Assembly: GCA_020718065.1 (NCBI GenBank)
Contig: DYDE01000005.1
Location: forward strand, 1-64,000
Length of the DNA stretch: 64,000 nt
Source of the DNA: Marinifilum sp.
GTDB taxonomy: Bacteria > Bacteroidota > Bacteroidia > Bacteroidales > CG2-30-32-10
Direction of reading: 5' to 3'
The notes below the pieces were generated by a model, which was given only the letters and a program-made list of their open reading frames with translations, was not told where the DNA came from and did no database searches. Each line of letters opens with the position of its first letter. The stretch's first letter is position 1. The translations under genes were made by a program, and so were the position numbers. This document shows, piece by piece, positions 1 through 11,410 of the stretch.

Positions 1-98
1 ATTTTATTCATATTACAGAAAATGTAAATTATTAAATAATCTATTTTACATGTCTGTAATAATTAACTAAATAAATTATTAACTAAAATTAAATTGAA

Positions 99-1169
99 AT
101 GAAAAGATTATTTTTATTAGCATTTGTTACATTGTTTGCAATTAATTCTTTTGCACAACTAAAAGTTTTATCTAATGGAAATGTAGGTATTGGAACTACT
201 AATCCTGGTAATTTACTTCAATTAGGACATGGGGTGAATTCCGATTTATCCATTTCAACTTCTACCAGTAATAAGGGATTTATTGGAACCTGGTATGATT
301 ACGTTGGCTTTTCAATTAATAGAAGTATTTCCAGTGGTGCATTTACAAATGCAAACCGTACACATGCAGAAATTGGGTTTTTTTCTAACGATGGAGATTC
401 TTATATAAGATTTTTAACTTCTTCGGTTAATAATACCATAGGAACAGAAAGAATGCGCATTGATAAAAATGGAAATGTAGGTATTGCCACAAATTCTCCA
501 GGTAGTTATAAATTATATGTTAATGGTACAACATTTTGCAATGCTGGAGTATGGTCTGGTTCTGACAAAAGGTTTAAGAAAAATATTAAAACTATTGATA
601 ATGCTCTATATAAAATATCAAAATTAAATGGAGTGAATTATGAATTTAAAAAAGAGGAATTTAAAGATTTTAATTTTAATGAAGGTACCAATTTGGGATT
701 TATTGCTCAAGAATTGATTGAAGTTATACCTGAAGCTGTAAAAATAGGAGAAGATGGCTATTATAGTATTAATTATGATGAAATAATACCTGTTTTAGTT
801 GAAGCTATTAAAGAACAACAGAAACAAATAGAAACTTTAAAAGAAGAATCAGTGAATAATAAAACTCTTCAAATTAATTCATATCAGGAGAATAGTAATG
901 CTTTAAACGAAACTAAGTTATTTCAAAATACTCCAAATCCTTTTACGGAAAATACATTTATTAATTGTTATTTGCCTAAAAACGTAGTAAGTGCAAAATT
1001 ATGTATTTATAATTTGCAGGGTATTCAGATAAAATGTTTTAATATTTCGGAGCGTGGTAATACTGCTATAAATATAAAAGGGAATGAATTGAGTGCGGGT
1101 ATATATCCGTACGTTTTAATTACTGATGGAACTGCAAGTGATACCAGACAAATGATTTTAACCAAATAG
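99..1169 (+). CDS. Secreted tail-fiber-like protein: peptidase S74-type intramolecular chaperone domain followed by a T9SS C-terminal sorting domain
   Basis: Signal peptide MKRLFLLAFVTLFAINSFAQ. SDKRFKKNI...GFIAQELIEVIPEAV...YDEIIPVLVEAIKEQQKQIETLKEE resembles the autocleaving chaperone domain of phage tail spikes. The C-terminus NTPNPFTENTFI...GIYPYVLITDG is a Por-secretion-tail pattern. Confidence 0.7.
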   Translation: MKRLFLLAFVTLFAINSFAQLKVLSNGNVGIGTTNPGNLLQLGHGVNSDLSISTSTSNKGFIGTWYDYVGFSINRSISSGAFTNANRTHAEIGFFSNDGDSYIRFLTSSVNNTIGTERMRIDKNGNVGIATNSPGSYKLYVNGTTFCNAGVWSGSDKRFKKNIKTIDNALYKISKLNGVNYEFKKEEFKDFNFNEGTNLGFIAQELIEVIPEAVKIGEDGYYSINYDEIIPVLVEAIKEQQKQIETLKEESVNNKTLQINSYQENSNALNETKLFQNTPNPFTENTFINCYLPKNVVSAKLCIYNLQGIQIKCFNISERGNTAINIKGNELSAGIYPYVLITDGTASDTRQMILTK

Positions 1170-1205
1170 ATTTTAGAAAAGTATTATAGTTTTAAAAATA
1201 TAAAA

Positions 1206-2213
1206 ATGAAAAATATAAAAATAATTTTTATAGTTATGATTATTTTAAATCTATTTGATTTAAAAGCACAAATACCCCCAGATGATCTAAATTATACAGG
1301 GTTTACTGATCATTTCGATACACCTACTCTCAACCCAAGATGGGTTATAGAAACTGGCTGTCAAGGTAAAGCTCCATATTACAATGATCCTGCAAATGTG
1401 GTTAATGATTATACTAATAGTCAATTAATTCTTTCAGCTAAACCATTATTACTTCCCTATGTTTGCGAGGGTACTACTAAATATTATTCTGGATCTACTG
1501 TAAATTCAGGTACTAATACATACGGCTATGGATATTATGAGGTAGGTTGTAAATTTCCATCACAACCTGGTTTTTGGTGCTGTTGGTGGATAAATGCAAG
1601 TCATATTGTTCCAGAAGAACCACCTTGTTGGTATAATGAAATTGATTTTATTGAACCAAGAACAAAGAGTGATAGATATTTATGGAGTTCAAATACTCAT
1701 TCATTATTAGATAAAACACTTTGTAATTGGACCACAAATGACAATGTTGATAATGATAACATTTATCCAAATAGCATTTTTGATAATCATGTTTATACTA
1801 CAACTTGGCAACCTGATTACATAAAATGGTTTCTTGATGGTAATGAGACTCCAAATAGGATTCTAGCTAACGATAATGTTATTGATATTCGGAAGCATCA
1901 AACACTTGTTTTAAATAATTGGATTGACCCTGATAGTATTCCTCGTATACCAAACGAACAAGGAGATTTCATAGTTGATTATGTTAAAGTATATGAATTA
2001 ATTATGACAGATTGTGATGTTAATTATTCTTATACTGGAAATTTTAGTAATTATGTTTGGGGAGTAAAAAATTCGATAACTATTAATAACACAAGTAGTG
2101 TTTCATCAAGCTCTAAAGTTACACTTAGAGCTAGTGATTATACTTTAATTAATGGAGACTTTACCGTTAATCTTGGAGGGGAATTTTGTATAATGCCAAC
2201 TGCTTGTGAATAA
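1206..2213 (+). CDS. Glycoside hydrolase family 16-like secreted protein
   Basis: Signal peptide. GFWCCWW...NEIDFIEP contains the GH16 ExDxxE catalytic motif. The C-terminal ~60 aa (VTLRASDYTLINGDFTVNLGGEFCI) looks like a Bacteroidota accessory tail domain. Confidence 0.6.
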   Translation: MKNIKIIFIVMIILNLFDLKAQIPPDDLNYTGFTDHFDTPTLNPRWVIETGCQGKAPYYNDPANVVNDYTNSQLILSAKPLLLPYVCEGTTKYYSGSTVNSGTNTYGYGYYEVGCKFPSQPGFWCCWWINASHIVPEEPPCWYNEIDFIEPRTKSDRYLWSSNTHSLLDKTLCNWTTNDNVDNDNIYPNSIFDNHVYTTTWQPDYIKWFLDGNETPNRILANDNVIDIRKHQTLVLNNWIDPDSIPRIPNEQGDFIVDYVKVYELIMTDCDVNYSYTGNFSNYVWGVKNSITINNTSSVSSSSKVTLRASDYTLINGDFTVNLGGEFCIMPTACE

Positions 2214-2452
2214 AATATTTTAATATAATTATAAAAATTTGGTATAAATAGATGTTACACAGAACTTTTTAATATATTCTCTAAATTGTATTTACAATAT
2301 AATTATCAGCAATGGCAATGATGTAAAAATAGGAAAAGTTATTATCAATCATTAATTCTGATAATTTTTAAATATAAAAAAGGCTGGGGGTTTCTCTGGC
2401 CTTTTTTTGTATAATCAAAAATTATTATCCGTTTTAATTCTAATATGATATT

Positions 2453-2596
2453 GAAGATTCTTCGCTTCGTTTCACGCTCAGAATGACATGCACATTGGTT
2501 CTGGGAGGAGGGGTTAATGGCGGCGAAGCCGCCATTAACCCCTCCTCCATAAAATCCCAGAAACAAACTGTCATTCTGAGCAAAGCGAAGAATCTC
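2453..2596. repeat. Nested palindromic element (outer imperfect inverted repeat enclosing a perfect 21-bp stem)
   Basis: Outer arms are gaagattcttcgctt..gctcagaatgaca (2453-2488) and tgtcattctgagcaaagcgaagaatctc (2569-2596). Inner arms are ggaggaggggttaatggcggc (2504-2524) and gccgccattaacccctcctcc (2528-2548), separated by a gaa loop. Confidence 0.8.
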
Positions 2597-2661
2597 CTAT
2601 GTTTTACCCAGACACTAATAAATCAAAAACCATAAATAATAATTCACACAGAAATAAGCAT

Positions 2662-2669
2662 TACCTTTG
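2662..2669 (+). promoter_or_regulatory. Candidate Bacteroidota -7 promoter box (TACCTTTG)
   Basis: Matches TAnnTTTG, 22 nt upstream of the ATG at 2692. Confidence 0.4.
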
Positions 2670-2691
2670 CATTATTAAAATTCACTGCGTT

Positions 2692-3237
2692 ATGCACCTT
2701 CTAAATAGAATTATCATTATTACATTTCTTTTTGGCATTAGTTATTCAGCAATGTCGCAAAAGGACAGCATACCCAAAAACCCATTTAAAGACAAATTAT
2801 ATACCGGTGGTGGATTAGGTTTGCAAATTGGCGATTACACATTAATACAGGTTTCCCCAATACTGGGATACAATATTACAGAAAATCTATCAGTAGGTAT
2901 AGGCGCAACTTATCAATATACAAAGTACAGGCAATACAATTATGATTTTGTAAGCAATATGTATGGAGGAAGTATATTTGGTCGCTATATTATTTGGAGA
3001 AGCATATTTGCCTACGCAGAAGACGAATTGCTCAATATCGAATACAGAGAACAAGTAAACAATATTATATATAAGAAAAGAACAAATGTAAATAGCTTGT
3101 TTGTTGGCGGAGGAGTTCGTCAGTTGGTTGGGGAAAACTCAGCCATGGTACTAATGTTATTATGGAATCTTAACGAAACTCCTTACACCCCATATAACAA
3201 TCCTATAATTAGAATAGGATTTGAAATCGGATTATAA
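2692..3237 (+). CDS. Hypothetical secreted / outer-membrane beta-barrel-like protein
   Basis: The internal ATG at 2692 gives signal peptide MHLLNRIIIITFLFGISYSAMSQ. Alternating aromatic/Gly-rich segments follow. The upstream part of the ORF (2599-2691) overlaps the promoter box and the palindromic element. Confidence 0.45.
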   Translation: MHLLNRIIIITFLFGISYSAMSQKDSIPKNPFKDKLYTGGGLGLQIGDYTLIQVSPILGYNITENLSVGIGATYQYTKYRQYNYDFVSNMYGGSIFGRYIIWRSIFAYAEDELLNIEYREQVNNIIYKKRTNVNSLFVGGGVRQLVGENSAMVLMLLWNLNETPYTPYNNPIIRIGFEIGL

Positions 3238-3249
3238 AACATCAATAAA

Positions 3250-3429
3250 TTGACACAGGAAATTATTGTATATATTATTCTATTGGTAGTTTTGACTTTT
3301 GCAGGCTTTCTTATCTATAAATCATTTAAAAAACCAGCAAAATGTTGCAACGAATGTGCGAATAAAAGCTGTGATGGTTGTCCCCTCGATGATCTGAAGA
3401 AAGAAATAGAAAAGAAAAAAGTGCACTAA
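3250..3429 (+). CDS. Small Cys-rich membrane protein (resembles the FeoB-associated Cys-rich family), TTG start
   Basis: Hand translation: (L/M)TQEIIVYIILLVVLTFAGFLIYKSFKKPAKCCNECANKSCDGCPLDDLKKEIEKKKVH, stop at 3427-3429. One TM helix then a CC..C..C..C cluster. Absent from the ORF track because it is 59 aa with a non-ATG start. Confidence 0.4.
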   Translation: MTQEIIVYIILLVVLTFAGFLIYKSFKKPAKCCNECANKSCDGCPLDDLKKEIEKKKVH

Positions 3430-3714
3430 AGTGAACTAGAGTTTGAAGTGCCTAACCTGAATAATTCATGAATATATTTAGAATATTGTATTTCTTCGTG
3501 TTACTTCGTGATGTACTTTGAGTTACTTTGTGGAAAAAAATTATTAACCACAAAGATTCACAAAGGATTGCACAAAGGCACACAAAGTTTATGAATTAAT
3601 CAGGCTAAAGTAATAAACAAAAAACCACAAATTCCAAAATTATTCCTAATCAGTGAATCTGTGGTTATACTTTGAAAAATTGTAAATCGTCAATCCAAAA
3701 TCGTAAATCGTAAA

Positions 3715-5028
<1,314 letters not shown>

Positions 5029-5030
5029 TT

Positions 5031-5061
5031 AAAAAAGGATAAAGCAAATATACTTTATCCT
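5031..5061 (-). terminator. Rho-independent terminator after rplQ
   Basis: 8-bp stem ggataaag/ctttatcc (5037-5044 / 5053-5060). On the minus strand it is followed by a U6 run (plus-strand a31-a36). Confidence 0.55.
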
Positions 5062-5088
5062 AATATTTAAACAATGAAAAAAAGAAAA

Positions 5089-5649
5089 TTATTCTGGAGT
5101 TTCAGTTGATGTATTTTCAGTTTCTTCCTTTTTTGCCTTTGGTTTTTTAGTTGTTTCTTTTTTCTCAGCAACAGGTTTTTCAGTCTTTTCTGTTTTTGCA
5201 ACTACTTCCTCTTTTTTGGTTTTAGTTTTAGAACCACGACGGGTAGTTTTTGCCTTTGCTTTAGATTCTTTAGTAATACCTAACATGTTTTCGTTATAAT
5301 CAACTAATTCTATCATACACATTTCGGCATTATCACCCATACGATTTCCAGTTTTTAAAATTCTGGTGTAACCACCGGGGCGTTGTCCAACTTTAGTAGA
5401 TACTTCTCTGAAAAGTTCAGTAACAGCAGTTTTATCTTGCAAGAAACTAAATACAGTTCTTCTAGAATGTGTTGAGTCTGATTTTGACTTTGTAATTAAA
5501 GGTTCAACAACTGTTCTTAACGCTTTGGCTTTAGCCAGAGTTGTATATATGCGTTTTTTCATTATTAAGGATGATGCCATATTAGCTAGCATAGCCTTTC
5601 TATGAGAGCTTGTTCTTCCTAAATGATTGATTCTTTTTGCGTGTCTCAT
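5089..5649 (-). CDS. rplQ: 50S ribosomal protein L17 with a Lys/Glu-rich C-terminal extension
   Basis: [24 protein letters not shown]... Last gene of the alpha operon. Confidence 0.95.
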   Translation of the reverse strand: MRHAKRINHLGRTSSHRKAMLANMASSLIMKKRIYTTLAKAKALRTVVEPLITKSKSDSTHSRRTVFSFLQDKTAVTELFREVSTKVGQRPGGYTRILKTGNRMGDNAEMCMIELVDYNENMLGITKESKAKAKTTRRGSKTKTKKEEVVAKTEKTEKPVAEKKETTKKPKAKKEETENTSTETPE

Positions 5650-5654
5650 CTCAA

Positions 5655-6647
5655 TTAATCTTTATCTAATTTATATTTTGTAAGATTCATTCCAAAATGT
5701 AAGCTTTTTGCTTTCACTAATTCTTCTAACTCGGTTAAAGATTTTTTACCAAAGTTTCTGAATTTTAATAAGTCTGCTTTGTTAAAAGCAACAAGTTCTC
5801 CTAAAGTTTCAACTTCAGCAGCTTTTAAACAATTCAATGCTCTAACAGATAAATCCATATCAACCAATTTGGTTTTGAGCAATTGTCTCATATGCAATGA
5901 AGTTTCATCAAACTCTTCGGTAGCAGTTTTTTCTTCGCTATCAAGGGTAATTTTCTCATCAGAAAACAACATAAAATGTTGAATTAAGATTTTAGCTGCT
6001 TCTTTTAAAGCGTCTTTTGGATTTATTGACCCATCAGTAGTAATTTCAAAAATAAGTTTTTCAAAGTCGGTCTTCTGTTCAACGCGGTAATCTTCTATAC
6101 TGTATTTAACATTTTTAATTGGAGTAAAAATAGCATCTACTGGTATAATTCCAATTACAGAACTTGTAGGTTTATTATCTTCAGCAGAAACATAACCTCT
6201 CCCCTTATCAATAGTAATTTCTAATGAAATTTTGATTGAAGGATCCATATTACAGATAACAATATCTGTGTTTAATACCTGAAAACTAGAAAGGAATGCA
6301 TTTATATCACCAGAAGTAAAAGTATTTTTACCAGCTATTGTAATATTTACCTTTTCGTTGTTTACATTATCTATTTGTCTTTTAAAACGAATTTGCTTTA
6401 AATTAAGAACTATTTCTGTAAGATCCTGAACTACTCCTTTAATGGTAGAGAATTCGTGGTCAACACCTTCAATTTTAACAGAAGTAATTGCAAAACCTTC
6501 AAGAGAAGAAAGCAATATTCTTCTTAAAGCATTGCCTATTGTAATACCATAACCGGGTTCCAAAGGACGAAACTCAAATCTTCCCTTGAAATCATCCGAT
6601 TCAAGCATTACCACCTTATCGGGTTTTTGAAAAGCTAATATTGCCAT
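5655..6647 (-). CDS. rpoA: DNA-directed RNA polymerase subunit alpha
   Basis: 330 aa. N-terminal dimerisation domain plus C-terminal HhH domain ([21 protein letters not shown]). Operon position fits. Confidence 0.97.
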   Translation of the reverse strand: MAILAFQKPDKVVMLESDDFKGRFEFRPLEPGYGITIGNALRRILLSSLEGFAITSVKIEGVDHEFSTIKGVVQDLTEIVLNLKQIRFKRQIDNVNNEKVNITIAGKNTFTSGDINAFLSSFQVLNTDIVICNMDPSIKISLEITIDKGRGYVSAEDNKPTSSVIGIIPVDAIFTPIKNVKYSIEDYRVEQKTDFEKLIFEITTDGSINPKDALKEAAKILIQHFMLFSDEKITLDSEEKTATEEFDETSLHMRQLLKTKLVDMDLSVRALNCLKAAEVETLGELVAFNKADLLKFRNFGKKSLTELEELVKAKSLHFGMNLTKYKLDKD

Positions 6648-6686
6648 TTAATATATGTATTTATAAATGATATCAATTAAAAAAAA

Positions 6687-7292
6687 TTATTTAGAATACA
6701 ACTCGACGATAAGTTGTTCTTTAATGTTTTCAGGAATTAAAGATCTTTCTGGGTAGTTCAAAAATTTACCTGTCATTGAATCTTTATCCCATTCTAACCA
6801 GTTAAACTGATTTGTTCTTGAAACTAAAGCTTCTGTAATAACTTCCAATGATTTTGATTTTTCACGAACACCAACTACATCACCTGGTTTAAGTGTAATA
6901 GAAGGAATGCTTGTAACTTTACCATTGAGAGTAATATGCCTGTGATTAACCAACTGACGTGCTGCATCACGAGTAGGTGCAATACCTAAACGGTAAACAA
7001 CATTATCAATACGAGCTTCAATTAGTTGTAATAAAACTTCACCAGTGATACCTTTTTTACTAGCCGCTTTTGTAAATACATTTCTAAATTGTTTTTCCAA
7101 GAAACCATAAGTATATTTTACTTTTTGCTTTTCCTGCAACTGAACACCATATTCAGATAATTTTCTTTTTCTTTTAGAAACACCATGTTGACCAGGAGGA
7201 TAATTTTTCTTTTCAAAATATTTATCTGCACCATAAATGGGTTCTTTGAATTTTCTTGCGATTCTTGTTTTTGGGCCTATATATCTTGCCAT
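6687..7292 (-). CDS. rpsD: 30S ribosomal protein S4
   Basis: [15 protein letters not shown]...; S4 domain; operon position. Confidence 0.97.
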   Translation of the reverse strand: MARYIGPKTRIARKFKEPIYGADKYFEKKNYPPGQHGVSKRKRKLSEYGVQLQEKQKVKYTYGFLEKQFRNVFTKAASKKGITGEVLLQLIEARIDNVVYRLGIAPTRDAARQLVNHRHITLNGKVTSIPSITLKPGDVVGVREKSKSLEVITEALVSRTNQFNWLEWDKDSMTGKFLNYPERSLIPENIKEQLIVELYSK

Positions 7293-7337
7293 ATTGTAAA
7301 ACTATTGTTTTTTATTATTAAAATGCTTCAAAATTAA

Positions 7338-7727
7338 TTATACTCTTCTACGTTTAGGAGGACGACAACCATTATGAGGCAATGGAGTAATGTCAAATAT
7401 TTCAGACACTTCTATTCCTGCCGCATTAAGAGTTCTAATTGCAGATTCGCGACCTGCACCAGGTCCTTTTACATAAACTTTTACTTTACGTAAACCCATA
7501 TCATAAGCAACTTTTGCACAATCGTTTGCGGCAGTTTGAGCTGCGTATGGAGTGTTCTTTTTTGAACCTTTGAAACCCATTTTACCTGCAGATGACCAAG
7601 AAATAACTTGTCCGGTTGAATTAGTTAATGAAATGATTACGTTATTAAATGAAGCAAAAATATGAGCTTCACCTAATGCTTCAACTTTTACAACTTTCTT
7701 TTTTGCGGGTTTTACTGTTTTAGCCAT
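7338..7727 (-). CDS. rpsK: 30S ribosomal protein S11
   Basis: [17 protein letters not shown]..., C-terminal [13 protein letters not shown]. Confidence 0.97.
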   Translation of the reverse strand: MAKTVKPAKKKVVKVEALGEAHIFASFNNVIISLTNSTGQVISWSSAGKMGFKGSKKNTPYAAQTAANDCAKVAYDMGLRKVKVYVKGPGAGRESAIRTLNAAGIEVSEIFDITPLPHNGCRPPKRRRV

Positions 7728-7773
7728 ATTATTTATTAATTTCTTTTATCTCTAAATGAATTATTTCTATTGA

Positions 7774-8154
7774 TTAACCTTTAACTGCTTTTTTCTTGTT
7801 AGCAACAGTTTTCTTTTTCCCTTTTCTTGTTCTGGCATTGTTCTTAGTATGTTGACCTCTTGTTGGCAAACCAGAACGATGTCTGATACCTCTGTAACAA
7901 CCAATATCCATTAGTCGTTTTATGTTCAACTGAACTTCAGAACGTAAAGAACCTTCAACTTTGAATTTTTCATTAATTATATTACGAATTTTTGTTAATT
8001 CATCATCAGTCCAATCTTGTACTTTCTTATCGTAACTAATTCCTGCTTCCTCTAAAATCTTTCTTGCTGAACTTTTGCCTAATCCAAAAATATAGGTAAG
8101 GCCTATTTCTCCTCTTTTATTTTTTGGTAAATCAATACCTGCAATTCTTGCCAT
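7774..8154 (-). CDS. rpsM: 30S ribosomal protein S13
   Basis: [14 protein letters not shown]...[24 protein letters not shown]. Confidence 0.97.
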   Translation of the reverse strand: MARIAGIDLPKNKRGEIGLTYIFGLGKSSARKILEEAGISYDKKVQDWTDDELTKIRNIINEKFKVEGSLRSEVQLNIKRLMDIGCYRGIRHRSGLPTRGQHTKNNARTRKGKKKTVANKKKAVKG

Positions 8155-8184
8155 ATTGTAGTTTTATTTGTTTTTTTAATTAAA

Positions 8185-8301
8185 TTATCCTTGTCTTTGT
8201 TTAAACTTAGGATTCTTTTTGTTAATTACATAAAGGCATCCTTTTCTGCGAACTATCTTGCAGTCAGGGGTTCTTTTCTTTATTGATGTTCTAATTTTCA
8301 T
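8185..8301 (-). CDS. rpmJ: 50S ribosomal protein L36 (zinc-ligand-poor form)
   Basis: Hand translation: [38 protein letters not shown] (38 aa). Lies between infA and rpsM as expected. Too short for the ORF track. Confidence 0.9.
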   Translation of the reverse strand: MKIRTSIKKRTPDCKIVRRKGCLYVINKKNPKFKQRQG

Positions 8302-8323
8302 TTCTTAAATAATTTATATGTTA

Positions 8324-8542
8324 TTATTTATATCTAAATGTTATTCTTCCTTTTGTTAAATCATATGGTGACATTTCAATTTTAACTTTATCTCCAGGTA
8401 AAATTTTAATATAATGCATTCTCATCTTACCGGAAATATGAGCTGTTATTACATGTCCATTAGCTAATTCCACTCTAAACATAGCATTTCCTAAAGATTC
8501 TACTACTGTGCCATCTTGTTGAATGGATGTCTGTTTGGTCAT
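8324..8542 (-). CDS. infA: Translation initiation factor IF-1
   Basis: 72-aa S1-fold protein: [25 protein letters not shown]. Confidence 0.96.
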   Translation of the reverse strand: MTKQTSIQQDGTVVESLGNAMFRVELANGHVITAHISGKMRMHYIKILPGDKVKIEMSPYDLTKGRITFRYK

Positions 8543-8551
8543 ATAATTTAT

Positions 8552-9340
8552 TTAAATTTTTGTTAAATTAACATTATTTATTTGCTCAATATATTCAAAT
8601 GATGATAATATTTCAGTTTTATCTTTACTCAATGCCACTGTATGTTCGTAATGGGCTGAAGGCATTTTATCAATAGTTCTAATAGTCCATCCATCCTTCT
8701 CTTGAATTATTTCTTTTTTCCCCATATTAATCATAGGTTCAATAGCTATAACCAATCCCTCCTGAAGTTTCAATCCGCTTCCCTTCTTTCCATAATTGAA
8801 AACATTTGGTTTTTCGTGTAAATGTTTCCCAATTCCATGTCCCACCAAATCTCTTACAACAGAAAAACCTAACCCCTCAACATAACTTTGAATTTCAAAT
8901 CCTATATCTCCAAGTCTTTTTCCAACAACAGCATTTTCAATTCCTTTGTATAAAGATGTTTTTGTAGCTTTTAGCAACAACAAAACATCTTGTTTTATTT
9001 CTCCAATAGCAAAAGTATAAGCCGAATCACCATAGTATCCGTTTTTTAACACCCCACAATCAATAGAAACTATATCTCCTTCTTTTAATATTCTTTCTCC
9101 AGGTATTCCGTGAACAACTTGCTCATTAATAGAAATGCACAGTGTATTAGGAAACCCATTATAGCCTTTAAAAGCTGGTGTAGATTCATTATCACGAATA
9201 AACTTTTCAGCCATTTTATCAATTGATAATGTACTAATGCCAGGTTTGAGTTGTTTTGCAACTTCCGCCAGTGTTTTTGCAACAAGTAAAGAACTTATTC
9301 TTATTAATTCTATTTCTTCTTTTGACTTATATGTAATCAT
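8552..9340 (-). CDS. map: Type I methionine aminopeptidase
   Basis: DIVSIDCG..GYYGDSAYTF..VGHGIG..IEPM..HYEHTV metal-ligand pattern. Confidence 0.95.
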   Translation of the reverse strand: MITYKSKEEIELIRISSLLVAKTLAEVAKQLKPGISTLSIDKMAEKFIRDNESTPAFKGYNGFPNTLCISINEQVVHGIPGERILKEGDIVSIDCGVLKNGYYGDSAYTFAIGEIKQDVLLLLKATKTSLYKGIENAVVGKRLGDIGFEIQSYVEGLGFSVVRDLVGHGIGKHLHEKPNVFNYGKKGSGLKLQEGLVIAIEPMINMGKKEIIQEKDGWTIRTIDKMPSAHYEHTVALSKDKTEILSSFEYIEQINNVNLTKI

Positions 9341-9360
9341 AATAAATTACGTACTCAAAA

Positions 9361-10722
9361 CTATCCAGTCATTCCCATTGATGTACGTCCTTTTATTCTT
9401 CCTGTCTTTGTTAATCCGTCATAATGACGCATTAATAAATGACTTTCTATTTGTTGTAATGTATCTAAAACAACACCCACTAAAATAAGAAGTGATGTTC
9501 CGCCATAAAATTGTGCAAATTGGGAATTAACACCAAAGTGACGAACAAAAGCTGGCATAATCGCAACAAATGCTAAAAACATTGAACCAGGTAAAGTTAT
9601 TTTAGACATAATTGAGTCTATAAAATCCGCAGTCTTTTTTCCAGGTTTTACACCAGGTATAAAACCACCATTCTTTTTCATATCCTCAGCCATCTGATTT
9701 GGATTTATTGTAATAGCTGTATAAAAATAAGTAAATGCAATAATTAAAAATGCAAATGTAAAATTATACCAAAATCCGTTAAAATCAGAAAATGCAGCAG
9801 CGAAACCTCTTAAAGACTCTGATTGAGAGAATCCAACAATTGTTATAGGAACCAACATAATTGCCTGAGCAAATATAATTGGCATTACACCTGCAGCATT
9901 GACTTTTAAAGGAATGTATTGTCTAACACCACCATATTGCTTGTTACCAACTATTCTTTTGGCAAACTGTACCGGAATTTTTCGAGTACCTTGAACCAAT
10001 AAAATAGAAAGAACAATTACAAGTAATAGAACAACTAATTCGACCACAAATATAACCAAGCCTCCACCTTGTTCTTCCATTCTTGAGAAAAATTCAGCAA
10101 ACAATGCAAAAGGTAAACGTGCAATAATACCTATCATTATAATTAATGAAATTCCATTACCAATTCCTTTATCAGTTATTTTTTCGCCTAGCCACATTAC
10201 AAACATAGTTCCGGCTACAAGAATTGTAATAGATGAAATCCAGAAAAACAAGGGAGGTGATGCAATATTTGCATCAAAAGGATATATACCACCTGCAGGT
10301 ATCTGGGCAACAATATTACTAATATAACCAGGTGCTTGAGCTGCAGTTATAAGAACTGTTAAATATCTTGTAATTTGATTTATTTTCTTTCTTCCGCTTT
10401 CTCCTTCTTTCTGTAATTTTTGGAAATAAGGTATTGCCAAACCTAACAATTGAATAACAATTGAAGCAGATATGTAGGGCATAATACCCAATGCAAAAAT
10501 AGATGCATTAGAAAAAGCACCTCCAGAAAACATGTTTAGCAAACCAAGTAAACCATCTTTTGTTTGAGCATGAAGAGCCCCCAAAGCAGAAGGATTTACA
10601 CCAGGAAGTACCACATAAGAACCAACCCTATAAATAAGAATAATAGCAAGTGTGTATATTATCCTCTTTCTAAGGTCTTCTATTTTGTATATATTCTTTA
10701 TTGTTTGTATAAAACGTTTCAT
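9361..10722 (-). CDS. secY: Preprotein translocase subunit SecY
   Basis: 453 aa, multi-TM. GGAFSNASIFALGIMPYISASIVIQLL signature. Position after rplO. Confidence 0.97.
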   Translation of the reverse strand: MKRFIQTIKNIYKIEDLRKRIIYTLAIILIYRVGSYVVLPGVNPSALGALHAQTKDGLLGLLNMFSGGAFSNASIFALGIMPYISASIVIQLLGLAIPYFQKLQKEGESGRKKINQITRYLTVLITAAQAPGYISNIVAQIPAGGIYPFDANIASPPLFFWISSITILVAGTMFVMWLGEKITDKGIGNGISLIIMIGIIARLPFALFAEFFSRMEEQGGGLVIFVVELVVLLLVIVLSILLVQGTRKIPVQFAKRIVGNKQYGGVRQYIPLKVNAAGVMPIIFAQAIMLVPITIVGFSQSESLRGFAAAFSDFNGFWYNFTFAFLIIAFTYFYTAITINPNQMAEDMKKNGGFIPGVKPGKKTADFIDSIMSKITLPGSMFLAFVAIMPAFVRHFGVNSQFAQFYGGTSLLILVGVVLDTLQQIESHLLMRHYDGLTKTGRIKGRTSMGMTG

Positions 10723-10726
10723 CCAA

Positions 10727-11173
10727 TTATAATTTTATAGCGGTACCACCATTTGATTCAATTGCTTTCTGAGCTGTCTTTGAGAAACTATGGGCTTTAA
10801 CCTCAAGTGCTGCTTTGAGTTCGCCTCTACCTAAAATTTTATATCTGTCTTTTTTAGAAATAATACCATTTAGAATAAGAACATCCAAATCAATAATTTT
10901 GATGCCTTTATTTTCGGCAATTTTCTGTAAAACATCTAAGTTAATACCAACGTATTCAACTCGGTTTATATTTTTAAAACCAAATTTTGGTAATCTTCTA
11001 TAAATTGGCATTTGTCCACCTTCAAAACCTGATTTTGAAGAGTATCCGGAACGAGATTTTGCTCCTTTATGACCTCTTGTAGAAGTACCACCTCTACCAG
11101 AGCCTTGACCTCTACCTAATCTTTTGTTATTTTTTACTGAGCCTTCTGCTGGTTTTAAATTACTTAAATCCAT
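10727..11173 (-). CDS. rplO: 50S ribosomal protein L15
   Basis: GRGQGSGRGGTSTRGHKGAKSRSG. Confidence 0.96.
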   Translation of the reverse strand: MDLSNLKPAEGSVKNNKRLGRGQGSGRGGTSTRGHKGAKSRSGYSSKSGFEGGQMPIYRRLPKFGFKNINRVEYVGINLDVLQKIAENKGIKIIDLDVLILNGIISKKDRYKILGRGELKAALEVKAHSFSKTAQKAIESNGGTAIKL

Positions 11174-11207
11174 ATATTCTTTTCCTTTTTCAATTAATTG
11201 TTCGTAA

Positions 11208-11390
11208 TTAGGATACTTCTTCTACTGATAATAAATGTTGAACTTTATTTATCATTCCAACTATTTGCGGAGTAGCTTCCACCTCAACGGTTTGGTTCAT
11301 TTTTCCAATTCCTAAAGCTTTAATTGTTCTTTTTTGGCGTTCAGGACGGTCAATGGTACTCTTAATTTGCTTAATTCGTAATTTCTTCAT
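11208..11390 (-). CDS. rpmD: 50S ribosomal protein L30
   Basis: IKQIKSTIDRPERQKRTIKALGI. Confidence 0.95.
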   Translation of the reverse strand: MKKLRIKQIKSTIDRPERQKRTIKALGIGKMNQTVEVEATPQIVGMINKVQHLLSVEEVS

Positions 11391-11410
11391 TTTCTTAAAG
11401 CTATAATATA

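Noticed and set aside
2345-2566. 73-aa minus-strand ORF (…GGGVNGGFAAINPSS…).
   Set aside because: It is read straight through the nested palindromic repeat element, so the 'protein' is a translation of the hairpin arms.
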